From an uncultured Acidobacteriota bacterium (lineage in GTDB: Bacteria > Acidobacteriota > Thermoanaerobaculia > Multivoradales > UBA5704), in contig CAWBWZ010000010.1 of assembly GCA_963792575.1 (NCBI GenBank), positions 136,359-200,358 on the forward strand: a stretch of DNA of 64,000 nt, given 5' to 3'. Positions 10,496 to 19,452 of this stretch are shown piece by piece; within the stretch, counting starts at the first letter, position 1, and every line of letters begins with the position of its first letter. Both the position numbers and the translations under genes were made by a program. The notes under the pieces are model-generated. The model ran no database searches. It was not told the origin of the DNA and saw nothing but the letters and a program-made list of their open reading frames with translations.

Positions 10496-11948
10496 ACAGT
10501 CTGCGTCTGATCCTCCTCCTCGTCCTCGGGCTCCTGCCGCTGTCCTCGGGGCGGTCCGGCCAGCCCGGCGCGGCGCGGGCAGGGGCGGATACCCGCCCCG
10601 ATACTCGCCCCAACATCCTGGTGATCATGACGGACGACCAGACGGTCGAGCAGATGCGCGCCCTGCCGAAACCCGGGCGCTGCTGGCGGCGCGGGGCACC
10701 TCGTTCGCGAACAGCTTCGTCGACTTCTCGCTCTGCTGCCCCTCGCGCGCGACCTTCCTCACCGGCCAGTACGCCCACAACCACGGCGTGCTCGCCAACG
10801 GCGGACCGCATGGCGGCTACCCGCACCTCGACCACACGAACACGCTGCCGGTCTGGCTCCAGGAGGCCGGCTACTACACCGCCCACGTCGGCAAATACCT
10901 CAACAACTACGGGGTGAGCTCCCCCGAGCCCCCTCCGGGGTGGTCGCGCTGGTTCGGGCTGATCGATCCCACGACCTACCGGCTGTTCAACTACACGGTG
11001 AGCGACGACGGCACGCCGGTGAACTACAAGAGCGCCGCCAAGGATTATCAGACGGATGTGATCGCGGCCAAGGCCGACGAGGTCCTCCGCTCGCGGGCGA
11101 GCTCCGGCCAGCCGTTCTTCCTCACCGTGGCGCCAACCTCGCCGCACCTTGAAAGGCTCACCCGCAACGGCGACCAGATCCCGCCGCGGCCGGCTCCGCG
11201 CTTCGCGGGGAAGTTCGGCGCGGAGCCGCTGCCGGTGAAATCGTCGTTCGACGAGGCCGACATCGCGGACAAGCCGGCCCACATCAGCAACCGGCCGCGG
11301 CTCAGCCCGGCGAAGAAGGCCCACGTGGCGGAGACCTACCGCGCCTGCCTCGCCTCGCTTCTCGCCGTCGACGACCTCGTCGAAAAGCTGGTCAGAACCC
11401 TCGACGACACCGGCCAGCTCGGCCGCACAATCATCATCTTCACCTCGGACAACGGCTTCTTCTTCGGCGAGCACCGCGTCACCGAGGGCAAATACCTCCC
11501 CTACGAGGAGTCGATCCGGGTGCCGCTCATCGTCTTTGACGGACGAGGCGCCGCCGGCGGTTTCCCGGCCGGGGCCACGGTCACGCAGCCGGTCTCCAAC
11601 ATCGATCTCGCGCCGACCATCGTGGCCCTGACCGGCGCCCGCGCCCGCCGGGTGATGGACGGCCAGCCGCTGCTCCCCCTGGTCCTCAACCCCGGACAGG
11701 GGAAGAGCCGGACGCTGCTGATCGAGGGCTTCGGCGAGGGCGGCGGCAAGCCGCCGTTCACCGCGCTGCGCGATCCGCGCTGGTTCTACGCCGAGTACAA
11801 GAACGGCGACCGCGAGCTCTACGATCTTCAGACCGATCCGAACGAGCTGCGCAGCCTGCATGCCGACCCCGCGTTCGCGGCGGTCCGGAAGGACCTCGCC
11901 AGCCGTCTGGCGAAGCTGCGGGCCTGCTCGGGCGCGAGTTGCCGGTAG
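10492..11948 (+). CDS. sulfatase (arylsulfatase family, Cys-type CxPxR), one 1-bp deletion frameshift near ~10665
   Basis: Signal peptide MNSLRLILLLVLGLLPLSS, then NILVIMTDDQ, then (after the frameshift) SFVDFSLCCPSRATFLTGQY...IIFTSDNGFFFGEH...SIRVPLIVFDG. Its ATG overlaps the methyltransferase stop as ATGA. Confidence 0.75.
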
Positions 11949-11949
11949 A

Positions 11950-12042
11950 AAAAAGAAGAAAGGACGTAAAGGACGACAAGGACTGCAAGGACACCGGAAT
12001 TCGTCCTTTGCGTCCTTGCAGTCCTTTACGTCCTTTCTTCTA
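11950..12042. repeat. AAGGAC-repeat long hairpin, copy 2 (tandem 9-nt NNNAAGGAC units paired with their complement)
   Basis: Left arm GAAGAAAGGACGTAAAGGACGACAAGGACTGCAAGGACACCGG, loop AATT, and a right arm that is its near-perfect reverse complement. It lies between the sulfatase stop and the add start. Confidence 0.6.
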
Positions 12043-12214
12043 AATCGACCCCCACCATCGCCGGCTCTTCTGCACCAGCCGGTGCAGATGCCGCCAGAAG
12101 GCGTGGCGTCGGCGCCTCCGGCGCAGCAATCGTAAGACTCTCATGTCGGCGCTCTGGTAGACGGACGGACACGCGAATCTCTGATCCCGTAAGATTCCGC
12201 CGGGAGGAGAACGA

Positions 12215-13201
12215 ATGCGCGACGGATATCCGCTGGTCGAGCTGCACCGCCACCTGGACGGCAACGTCCGGATCGAAACCGTGCTGGACCTCGCCCGGCG
12301 GCATGGTCTGGAGCTGCCGGCCTGGACGGTGGAGGAGCTGCGCCCCCACGTCCAGATCACCGAGCGCGAGCCGAGCCTCGTCCACTTCATCGCCAAGTTC
12401 GCGCTGCTGCGCCGGGTGATGGTGGACTACGACGCCGTGCGCCGGATCGTGCGCGAGAACCTGGAGGACGCGGCCCGCGAGGGGATCGACTACATCGAGC
12501 TGCGGTTCAGCCCCTACTTCATGGGCGAGGAGCACGGGCTCGACACCTTCGGGGTGGTCGACGCCGTCTGCGACGCGCTGGAGGCGGGGCGGGGGACGAT
12601 CCCGGTGCGGGCGAAGCTGATCGGCATCATCTCCCGCCACTACGGGCCGGAGATCGGCCGCATCGAGCTGGCGGCGGCGATCCGCGGCCGGGACCGCGGG
12701 GTGGTGGCGCTCGACCTCGCCGGCGACGAGGCGAACTTCCCCGGGGAGCTGTTTGTCTCCCACTTTCAGGAGGCCCGCGAGGCGGGGTTGCGCACGATCG
12801 CCCACGCCGGCGAGGCGGCGGGGGCCGCGAGCGTCCGCCAGGCGGTGCTCGGCCTCGGGGCCGAGCGGATCGGCCACGGCATCCGCGCCATCGAGGACCC
12901 GGCGGTGCTCGACCTGCTCGCCGAGCGCGGCGTGCCGCTGGAGGTCTGCCCGACGAGCAACCTGCACACCAGCACCGTGCGGGACTACCGGTCCCACCCG
13001 CTGCCCGCCCTGCTGCGGCGGGGGCTCCGCTGCACTCTCAACACGGACGACCCGAGCATCAGCGGCCTCGATCTTGCTCACGAGTACCGGGTGGCCGCCA
13101 CAGAGCTGGACCTCTCGGCGGCGGAGATCCGCCGGATGCAGGAGACCGCGGTCGAGGCCGCCTTCCTCTCTGTCGAGGAGAGAGAAGAGTTGCTGGCTTG
13201 A
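12215..13201 (+). CDS. add: adenosine deaminase
   Basis: ELHRHLDG, HAGE and TLNTDDP metal-binding motifs. GGGAGGAG RBS precedes ATG 12215. Confidence 0.85.
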   Translation: MRDGYPLVELHRHLDGNVRIETVLDLARRHGLELPAWTVEELRPHVQITEREPSLVHFIAKFALLRRVMVDYDAVRRIVRENLEDAAREGIDYIELRFSPYFMGEEHGLDTFGVVDAVCDALEAGRGTIPVRAKLIGIISRHYGPEIGRIELAAAIRGRDRGVVALDLAGDEANFPGELFVSHFQEAREAGLRTIAHAGEAAGAASVRQAVLGLGAERIGHGIRAIEDPAVLDLLAERGVPLEVCPTSNLHTSTVRDYRSHPLPALLRRGLRCTLNTDDPSISGLDLAHEYRVAATELDLSAAEIRRMQETAVEAAFLSVEEREELLA

Positions 13202-13229
13202 TATGGTTTGAGCAAGGAGGGAGATGAGA

Positions 13230-13553
13230 ATGGCGAAGACGGGTATCGATCTTTCGAAGCTTTCCCTGGAAGAGCTGCAGAGCCTGGCGCGGGACATCGA
13301 GACGGAGGTCGTGGGCCGCCGCGAGGCGGATCGGGAACGGGTGCTGAATCAGATGCGGGAGCTGGCGGGGAGCCTCGGCATGACCCTCGAGGAGGTCGTG
13401 CGCGGCGAGAAGGGCAAGGGCGTGCCGGTGCCGGTGAAGTACCGCAATCCCGACAACCCCATTCTCACCTGGTCGGGGCGCGGGAAGCGGCCGGCCTGGG
13501 TCAACGAGGCGCTCGCCTCGGGCAAGTCGCTCGAGGACCTCGCGGCGTCCTGA
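13230..13553 (+). CDS. H-NS family nucleoid-associated protein
   Basis: C-terminal DNA-binding signature KYRNPDNPILTWSGRGKRPAWV (the TWxGRGRxPxW motif) with a coiled-coil N-terminus. AAGGAGGG RBS lies 9 nt before ATG 13230. Confidence 0.7.
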   Translation: MAKTGIDLSKLSLEELQSLARDIETEVVGRREADRERVLNQMRELAGSLGMTLEEVVRGEKGKGVPVPVKYRNPDNPILTWSGRGKRPAWVNEALASGKSLEDLAAS

Positions 13554-13566
13554 GGAGGACCGAACG

Positions 13567-13884
13567 ATGCGTAAGCTGCTCTACCTGCCCATGGCCCTGA
13601 TCCTGGCCGTCGCGGCCTGCGCCGCGAATCAACCCTCCGATCCAGCGGCGGCGGTCTGCGGCGGCCTCCGGGGGGCGGCCTGTCCGGAGGGGAAGTTCTG
13701 CGATCTGCCCGCCGGCCAGTGCCGGTCGGCCGACCTCCAGGGCACCTGCGTGGAAAAGCCGGACGCCTGCACCAAGGAGTACCGGCCGGTCTGCGGCTGC
13801 GACGGCAAGACCTACGGCAATGACTGCATGCGGCGGGCCGCCGCGGTCCAGAGGGACCGCGAGGGGGCGTGCCCGCAGGGGTGA
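13567..13884 (+). CDS. Kazal-type serine-protease-inhibitor domain lipoprotein
   Basis: Lipobox LAVAAC, then Kazal signature YRPVCGCDGKTYGNDCMRRAA. GAGGAGG RBS precedes the start. Confidence 0.65.
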   Translation: MRKLLYLPMALILAVAACAANQPSDPAAAVCGGLRGAACPEGKFCDLPAGQCRSADLQGTCVEKPDACTKEYRPVCGCDGKTYGNDCMRRAAAVQRDREGACPQG

Positions 13885-13887
13885 CGC

Positions 13888-15417
13888 CTACCCCGCATAG
13901 GAATCGTCCTGCTCGATCTTCGACAGGACCCAGTCGAACTCGCCGCTGGTGATCTTGGCGCCGCAGTGCTCGCACTGGCCGGCCATGTTGACGTCGAGCG
14001 GCGCGCCGCAGTTGGGGCAGCTCTTGTCGGCGCGCGGCGTACCCTTCACCCCGGCGCCGCGGATCAGCGTCCAGTATTCGGAGTAGAGGCGGTCGCGCCG
14101 GGGGTCGCCCGAGACGACCTCCCCGGCCGCCTCGCGCACCGTGGTGTCCCGCCCCGAGCCCCAGAGCCGGACGGTCAGCGAGTCATAGTGGCGGTCGCGC
14201 ACGATCTTGACCGTCTTCCAGTCGACGATCCGCATCCCCTCCAGGACGTTGCGCAGCCCCTGCTTCTCATAGGCGGCGATCCAGTACTGCAGGTAGTTGA
14301 AAAGGCCATCCGAGACGAAGGGGCGGACGCCCGCGAGGTCGCGGCGGGACCACCCGCCGTTGAGCTCGCCGTAGATCAGCTGGAGCCGGGCGTTGAGCCC
14401 CTCCTGGGTCACGCCGGGGTCCTCGCGCACCAGCTCCGCCCAGCGGGCATTCAGCTGGGGGTGGAAGATCGTCGGGAAGTCCGTCCCCGCCTCCTGGACG
14501 TTGGAGGTGAGGGCCGGGGGTCGCTCCTCCAGCCGCGCCAGATCGATCGCCTCGACGCTCCAGTCGAACCGGCCGCCCGAGACCACCTCGCCGCAGTACT
14601 GGCAGCGGTCCCCGCCCTCGGGGCCGAACGGCGCGCCGCAATTGGGGCACTGGAAGGAGAGCGCCCGCTCCGGCGGCTTGCTCCGCACATTGGCGTCGCG
14701 CTCCAGGCGCCAGACCTCCTTGACGTAGTGGGTGCTCTCCGCCCCGGCAGCTCCCACCGTCATGTTGGCCTCGAACTCCAGGGTCACCACCGCGCGCGGC
14801 GGCGGTCCTCCCGGCGCGGCCGGCGCGGCGCTGCTGGCCGGCGGCATCGACAGCGCGACGACCCGCATCGCCCCGATCACCACCCCCGAGACCGGGGCGC
14901 CCACCGGCGGGCGCTGGGCAAGCTGGGCGCGGACCGCCAGGGAGAGGTAGGGCGAGAGCGCCTCGAGGTCCCGCTCGCTGGAGCGCGCCTGGTGGGCGCG
15001 GGCGAACAGGGCATAGGCGAAGTCCTCGAAGAGCACCACCGAGAACTCGGGGTCGAGCGTGCGCAGGTCGTCCAGATCGCGCGAGGCCCGCGGCGCCGGA
15101 GCGGCCCGGGGCGGCGCCGAGTCCCAGCGCTGGGAGCCGGCCGCGCCCGTGCGCTTCTGGTACTTGATGAAGGCGTAGACGATCACGATCGTCAACGGGA
15201 TGCCGATCACCGGATGATGGATGATCAGCCAGAACAGCAGCCGGATCAACAGGTAGATGAGGCCGCCGCCATCGCCGCCCCCGCCGCCGCTGCTGCTCCC
15301 TCCCGAATAGCTCTCGCCACCCCCCGCCCGGGCGAACGCCGCGGCGGGCGCCAGCAGAAGGGCGAGGAATCCCAGGAAGGGGAGGAGATGACGGAGCGGC
15401 CGGAGGGAAGACTTCAC
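13888..15417 (-). CDS. Tim44-like domain protein with paired zinc-ribbon motifs; signal peptide, Gly/Ser-rich linker and a transmembrane segment
   Basis: CPNCGAP...CQYCGE and CPNCGAP...CEHCGA zinc ribbons flank two Tim44-like regions (FPTIFHPQLNARWAELV...LFNYLQYWIAAYEKQGL). The upstream 225 codons of the 735-aa ORF are Arg-rich shadow sequence. The GTG start at 15417 follows a GAGG and sits 2 nt after the stop of the upstream gene. Confidence 0.5.
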   Translation of the reverse strand: MKSSLRPLRHLLPFLGFLALLLAPAAAFARAGGGESYSGGSSSGGGGGDGGGLIYLLIRLLFWLIIHHPVIGIPLTIVIVYAFIKYQKRTGAAGSQRWDSAPPRAAPAPRASRDLDDLRTLDPEFSVVLFEDFAYALFARAHQARSSERDLEALSPYLSLAVRAQLAQRPPVGAPVSGVVIGAMRVVALSMPPASSAAPAAPGGPPPRAVVTLEFEANMTVGAAGAESTHYVKEVWRLERDANVRSKPPERALSFQCPNCGAPFGPEGGDRCQYCGEVVSGGRFDWSVEAIDLARLEERPPALTSNVQEAGTDFPTIFHPQLNARWAELVREDPGVTQEGLNARLQLIYGELNGGWSRRDLAGVRPFVSDGLFNYLQYWIAAYEKQGLRNVLEGMRIVDWKTVKIVRDRHYDSLTVRLWGSGRDTTVREAAGEVVSGDPRRDRLYSEYWTLIRGAGVKGTPRADKSCPNCGAPLDVNMAGQCEHCGAKITSGEFDWVLSKIEQDDSYAG

Positions 15418-15419
15418 GG

Positions 15420-16040
15420 TCAGCACACCTCGTTCGGCAGCTCGTCGACGTCGTTCTCGCCCCGCGCCAGGGCGGGACTCAGAAGGGGGGCGAGGGCGCG
15501 GATCCGCGCCGCCACCGCGACCCCGTCCTCCTTGTTGCGGACCGCCTGCTCGATCTCTCCAATCGCGCGCTGCCACGCCTCCGTGGCGGCCAGGGCCTCG
15601 ACCCCGACGTCGGCCACGAAGGCCGCCTCGCGCTCGAGCACGGAAACATAGAAAAGGATGCCCGTCCGTCCGGCCGTGCCGTGGACGCGCCGCTCGACAA
15701 AGGTGGACCGGGCGGCGGCCTCGACCCGCTGCCGGCGCTCGCGCCAAGGCGTGAACGCCCGCCGCAGGCGCGCGCTCCGCGAGCCCACGAGCCCCGCCAG
15801 GGCGCCGATCAGGACGGGATCGACCAGGACCCAGACGGGCGCGAAGATCCAGGGCGAGAAGAGGAGCACCGCGAGCGCCACGAGCCCCATCAGGAGGCCG
15901 AAGCCCAGGCCGGCGTGCAGATACGAGCCGGTCCGCGGCCGGACCGCGATCACCAGCTCGGCGCTGCTGCACGACTCGACCGCGCTCACCGCTTCGGAGA
16001 GCGCGGCCTTGGATTCGTCGTTGAGAAAGGGTTTGGCCAT
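15420..16040 (-). CDS. hypothetical membrane protein (two TM helices followed by a TPM/YgcG-like soluble region), first gene of an operon with the Tim44-like gene
   Basis: ATG 16040 gives MAKPFLNDESKAALSEAV..., hydrophobic segments LHAGLGFGLLMGLVALAVLLF and VWVLVDPVLIGALAGLVG, then GILFYVSVLEREAAFVADVGV. Confidence 0.45.
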   Translation of the reverse strand: MAKPFLNDESKAALSEAVSAVESCSSAELVIAVRPRTGSYLHAGLGFGLLMGLVALAVLLFSPWIFAPVWVLVDPVLIGALAGLVGSRSARLRRAFTPWRERRQRVEAAARSTFVERRVHGTAGRTGILFYVSVLEREAAFVADVGVEALAATEAWQRAIGEIEQAVRNKEDGVAVAARIRALAPLLSPALARGENDVDELPNEVC

Positions 16041-16288
16041 GAGCGTTCCGGTCGTGGAGGGAGTTTATCCCAGGCCTGAGGGTGGAGGACGGCAAAGCCG
16101 CGACATGTCAGGACATGCCCTTTGTTGCGCCTCTTGACAACACGGCCGGAATTTGGCTATCTTGGGTCTCGGCAGGCATGCGCGGGGGAAACTTCTGGTC
16201 GCTCTGGTAGCGGCAGCCCCTTTGGGGGTGGGATCCTGAAGCCCGGGGCCTGCTTATTCTTCTCCCTCTAGAATTTCGCGTACCCAGC

Positions 16289-17044
16289 TCAATCTTTTAT
16301 CGGCGAGAGATCTCTCGCTAAGCCGCGGCCAGAACTTGAGTCGTGATCCTGGCAGGTCTCACCCTTCCGATACAAGACCGTCTCGAGCATCCTGGCGTAC
16401 CGATCCTCGGTATGGCCGTACTGCGTTGGCTCGACCGCTTTGAAGAATCCGCTGGCCACGGCATCGGCGACCTGAAGACCCATCCTCCGGCCAGCCGTGT
16501 GAGAGTAAATCTGATCGTGGCGGATCGGCGCCCCTTCGAATTGGGGGGTGCGGATCGAATCGATCAAGTCTTCATAGCTCATCCCAGACCGATTCGAAAA
16601 GATGACGTCGGCGGTACCGTCCCCTCCACGCGGCCGGGCATCCCGGCAGAGCAAGCTCACGCGTTCCAACAAGTCGTGTACGGCACGAAAGTAGAGGGCG
16701 CTGCCCTGCCGCAGGTCCTCCGGGTTCGGAACAGACGGTTTATGGACCAGCAAAGTTACGACTCGTAGCGAAGCGCGAGAGATCTCGGCGATGAGGGGGA
16801 GCCGATGCTCGTGGCGAAGATCCCGGAAATGGAGCGGCTTGTGATCAGGCCGGCCCAACATCTTGCGGACACGGTCCACCAGACCCACGACTTCCATGTC
16901 TTCCGCCTTCAGCGTAACGACCGCCGAGAGCACGAACCATTCCGAGCAGCCGCCTCCAAAGGCAAACCCCTCGTCTCCCGACTCGTCGATGTAGACCACG
17001 AAGCTGCAGGGCATGGGGAGGTGAGTATACTTCCGTCCACCCAT
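16289..17044 (-). CDS. DUF3800 domain protein
   Basis: N-terminal VVYIDESGDEGF is the DUF3800 signature. The gene sits in a locally lower-GC patch. The alternative start at 17014 (MPCSFVVYIDESG) would avoid a start-codon overlap with the divergent gene. Confidence 0.6.
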   Translation of the reverse strand: MGGRKYTHLPMPCSFVVYIDESGDEGFAFGGGCSEWFVLSAVVTLKAEDMEVVGLVDRVRKMLGRPDHKPLHFRDLRHEHRLPLIAEISRASLRVVTLLVHKPSVPNPEDLRQGSALYFRAVHDLLERVSLLCRDARPRGGDGTADVIFSNRSGMSYEDLIDSIRTPQFEGAPIRHDQIYSHTAGRRMGLQVADAVASGFFKAVEPTQYGHTEDRYARMLETVLYRKGETCQDHDSSSGRGLARDLSPIKD

Positions 17045-17699
17045 GATTTTTTCCCACCCCGTCCCCCGGCGCCCCGCCTCCTGGGACCTCGCCGATCCCG
17101 GCTCCTGGGCCTGGGACGAGATCCCCGCCCTGCCCCCCTTTCGTCTCGCCGATGGCAGCGGCCCGGCGGTTCAGCAGACACAGGGGCGCCTCTGCTGGGA
17201 CGAGATGGCGCTCCACGTCCGCTTCGACTGCGAGGACCGCGACGCCTGGGGGACCTTCCGGCAGCGGAACGATCCGGTCTCTCAGGAGGAGGCGGTGGAG
17301 ATCTTCCTCGCTCCGGGGGAGGAGGACCCCGTCCGCTACTTCGAGCTCGAGGTGAGCCCGCTCGGCACCCTCTTCGACGCCACGATCCACAACCCCACCT
17401 CTCTGCGGGCCGACATGACGGGCGATCCGTCCTGGGACTGCCCCGGGCTGCGCTGGGCGGCGGGATCCGGCGAGATCAGGCAGGACTGGTGGGCCTGGCT
17501 CTCCATCCCCTGGGAAGGGATCTCATCCACGGAACGGCCGCCGCGGATCTGGCGGGCCAACCTCTACCGGATCGAGCGCCCCAGCGGCGGCGAGCCCGAA
17601 TTCAGCGCCTGGTCTCCGACCCTGACCCGTCCGGCCGACTTTCACAAGCCGGCCCGCTTCGGATTCCTGGAGCTCGCCGGCGGATCGAGCAGCCGGTAG
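17043..17699 (+). CDS. carbohydrate-binding family 9-like (DOMON-like) domain protein; start uncertain
   Basis: CWDEMALHVRFDCEDRD...YFELEVSPLGTLFDATI resembles CBM9-like domains. The ORF's ATG at 17043 overlaps the divergent DUF3800 ATG, so the true start may be downstream. Confidence 0.45.
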   Translation: MIFSHPVPRRPASWDLADPGSWAWDEIPALPPFRLADGSGPAVQQTQGRLCWDEMALHVRFDCEDRDAWGTFRQRNDPVSQEEAVEIFLAPGEEDPVRYFELEVSPLGTLFDATIHNPTSLRADMTGDPSWDCPGLRWAAGSGEIRQDWWAWLSIPWEGISSTERPPRIWRANLYRIERPSGGEPEFSAWSPTLTRPADFHKPARFGFLELAGGSSSR

Positions 17700-19399
17700 A
17701 CCCAGTCGCCGCCGTCCTGGTAGACGCGCTCCACCCGCCGACTCTCTCCCGCCGCGAACCGCCCCTCCCAGTCCCGCAACGCCGCCGCCCTTCCCGGCGA
17801 CTGGGCGTGGACCACCAGATGCGAGATCCGCAGGTCCCGCAGCAGATCGAGCCCAACGGTGTCCGGGAGGAAGCGAATGCGCCCGGTCAGCCGCCGGTGG
17901 GATTCCGGTATATAGCCGCTGTAACCGTTGGCCAGCGGCTTCCAGTGCAGGGTGGAGTAGTAGATATAGAGGTTTTCCCGCACATCGTCATGAATGGGCA
18001 GCTCTACCAGGGCTCGCACCGCCGGTTCCCGGGCGATCCAGCGATAGACGGCGGGGAACGCCTCCTCGCGCGGCAGGGGCTTCCCCCACCGGACAGGCCG
18101 TGGCGCCAGCTCCAGGAGGAGCCCGGCCGCGAGCGCCGCGACGAGCGCCGCGCGGGTCCGCGGCCCGCGCATCCTCTCCCGCAGGACGTCCACCCCGCGC
18201 CCGGCGAAGTACACGAGCGTGAGCGAGACGAAAGCGTAGAAGCGCGTGGGGACGCGCATGCCGCTCATCCCGGGGACGATCCGCATCAGCGGCGCGTAGA
18301 TCCAGGGGAAGGTGAGCAGGAAGCAGAGGAGGCCGGAGAGGACGAGCCCTCGTTCCCAAAGGTCCGGCGGAGCCTCCCGGCGCCGGCGCCAGCGGGCCGC
18401 GGCGCCCACGAAAAAGAGAGCCGTGGGCAGGAAGCCGGCGAACAGCTCCCCCTCGGGCCGGGAGAAGGCCCGGGCTCGGGCGCCGAACGCCGCGTGCAGC
18501 AGGTGCCGCCCCTCGATCCCGAAATAGAGATTCGACCGCGACGGGCTCAGATAGCTCACGGGCGTGGCCCCGAACTCCCTGATCTCCTCGTCCGTGCGGA
18601 CCAGTCCCAGCGACTTCGAGACCCTCAGATACGGCAGGAAGAGAACCAGGATGGCCGCCCCGGCGATCAGGCCCACGGGAACGAGACGCCGGAGCGACCG
18701 GGGCGAGAGGAGCGCCCGGCCCTCGCTCGCGGCGCGGTTGGCGAACAGCGCCAGCAGCGGAAAATGGATCATGTAGGCGAGGTAGCACCCGCCCGTCAGG
18801 TTCAGCAGATAGAAGGTGAGGAACAGAGCGGCGTTCCGGGTCGTGCGCTCGGCGAGCAGGCGATCCCAGAACCAGAGCGTCAGGGGAGCCCACTGCACGA
18901 TCAGCACCTGGATGTGGGTCATCTGCGCCAGACGGAACGGCGTGAAGGCGTACATCCAGCCCGCCAGCAGCGCGGCCGCCCAGGAGAGGCCGGCCCGCCG
19001 GCAGATCCAGCAGACGGCGAGCGCGCTCGCCACGAACGAGGTGACGAAGAGGAAGTTGTAGCCGGCGATCGCGTTGGGCACGATCCACAGGAAGAGGACG
19101 AGCTGCGCCGCCGGTCCCAGCAGGTGGTCCGAGAGGGCGAGCGTCCCCCGGGTGGGATAGAAGAGGTTGGCGTTCCAGAGGTCGGGAAGCCCGAGCCGGA
19201 TCTGGTGAGCGCTCCACTTCAGGACATAGAGATTGAAGATCGGGTCACCCTGGCTGAAGGGGAGGAAATCCCCGCCGACGCGCCAGATCGGACGCAGGTA
19301 GATCAGCGTCAGGAGTGTGTAGGCCGCCGCGGCCGCGGCCCACGCGAGCCACCGCGCCGCTCCGGCGGGACCGGGCGAAACCGTTCTCTGGGGGTCCAT
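17642..19399 (-). CDS. polytopic membrane protein, GT-C-fold glycosyltransferase-like (ArnT/PMT-like) with periplasmic C-terminal domain
   Basis: About 10 predicted TM helices are followed by a soluble tail. ATG 19399 gives MDPQRTV..., while the longer ORF begins at GTG 19423. Confidence 0.5.
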   Translation of the reverse strand: MDPQRTVSPGPAGAARWLAWAAAAAAYTLLTLIYLRPIWRVGGDFLPFSQGDPIFNLYVLKWSAHQIRLGLPDLWNANLFYPTRGTLALSDHLLGPAAQLVLFLWIVPNAIAGYNFLFVTSFVASALAVCWICRRAGLSWAAALLAGWMYAFTPFRLAQMTHIQVLIVQWAPLTLWFWDRLLAERTTRNAALFLTFYLLNLTGGCYLAYMIHFPLLALFANRAASEGRALLSPRSLRRLVPVGLIAGAAILVLFLPYLRVSKSLGLVRTDEEIREFGATPVSYLSPSRSNLYFGIEGRHLLHAAFGARARAFSRPEGELFAGFLPTALFFVGAAARWRRRREAPPDLWERGLVLSGLLCFLLTFPWIYAPLMRIVPGMSGMRVPTRFYAFVSLTLVYFAGRGVDVLRERMRGPRTRAALVAALAAGLLLELAPRPVRWGKPLPREEAFPAVYRWIAREPAVRALVELPIHDDVRENLYIYYSTLHWKPLANGYSGYIPESHRRLTGRIRFLPDTVGLDLLRDLRISHLVVHAQSPGRAAALRDWEGRFAAGESRRVERVYQDGGDWVYRLLDPPASSRNPKRAGL

Positions 19400-19452
19400 T
19401 TCCGCGAGAGAGTATCTTTCCACCGGCCCTTTTCGCTACCCTGCGCAGTCGC

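Noticed and set aside
12043-12214. Purine riboswitch upstream of add
   Set aside because: No match to the conserved J1/2-J2/3-J3/1 riboswitch core (UAUA...GGAU...UUUCUACC). Only a simple CTGCACC/GGTGCAG hairpin is present.
13888-16095. Single 735-aa ORF
   Set aside because: The N-terminal 225 residues are Arg/Gly-rich shadow sequence with no start context. A separate, well-formed gene (15420-16040) occupies another frame there. The ORF was split into two genes with a GTG start at 15417.
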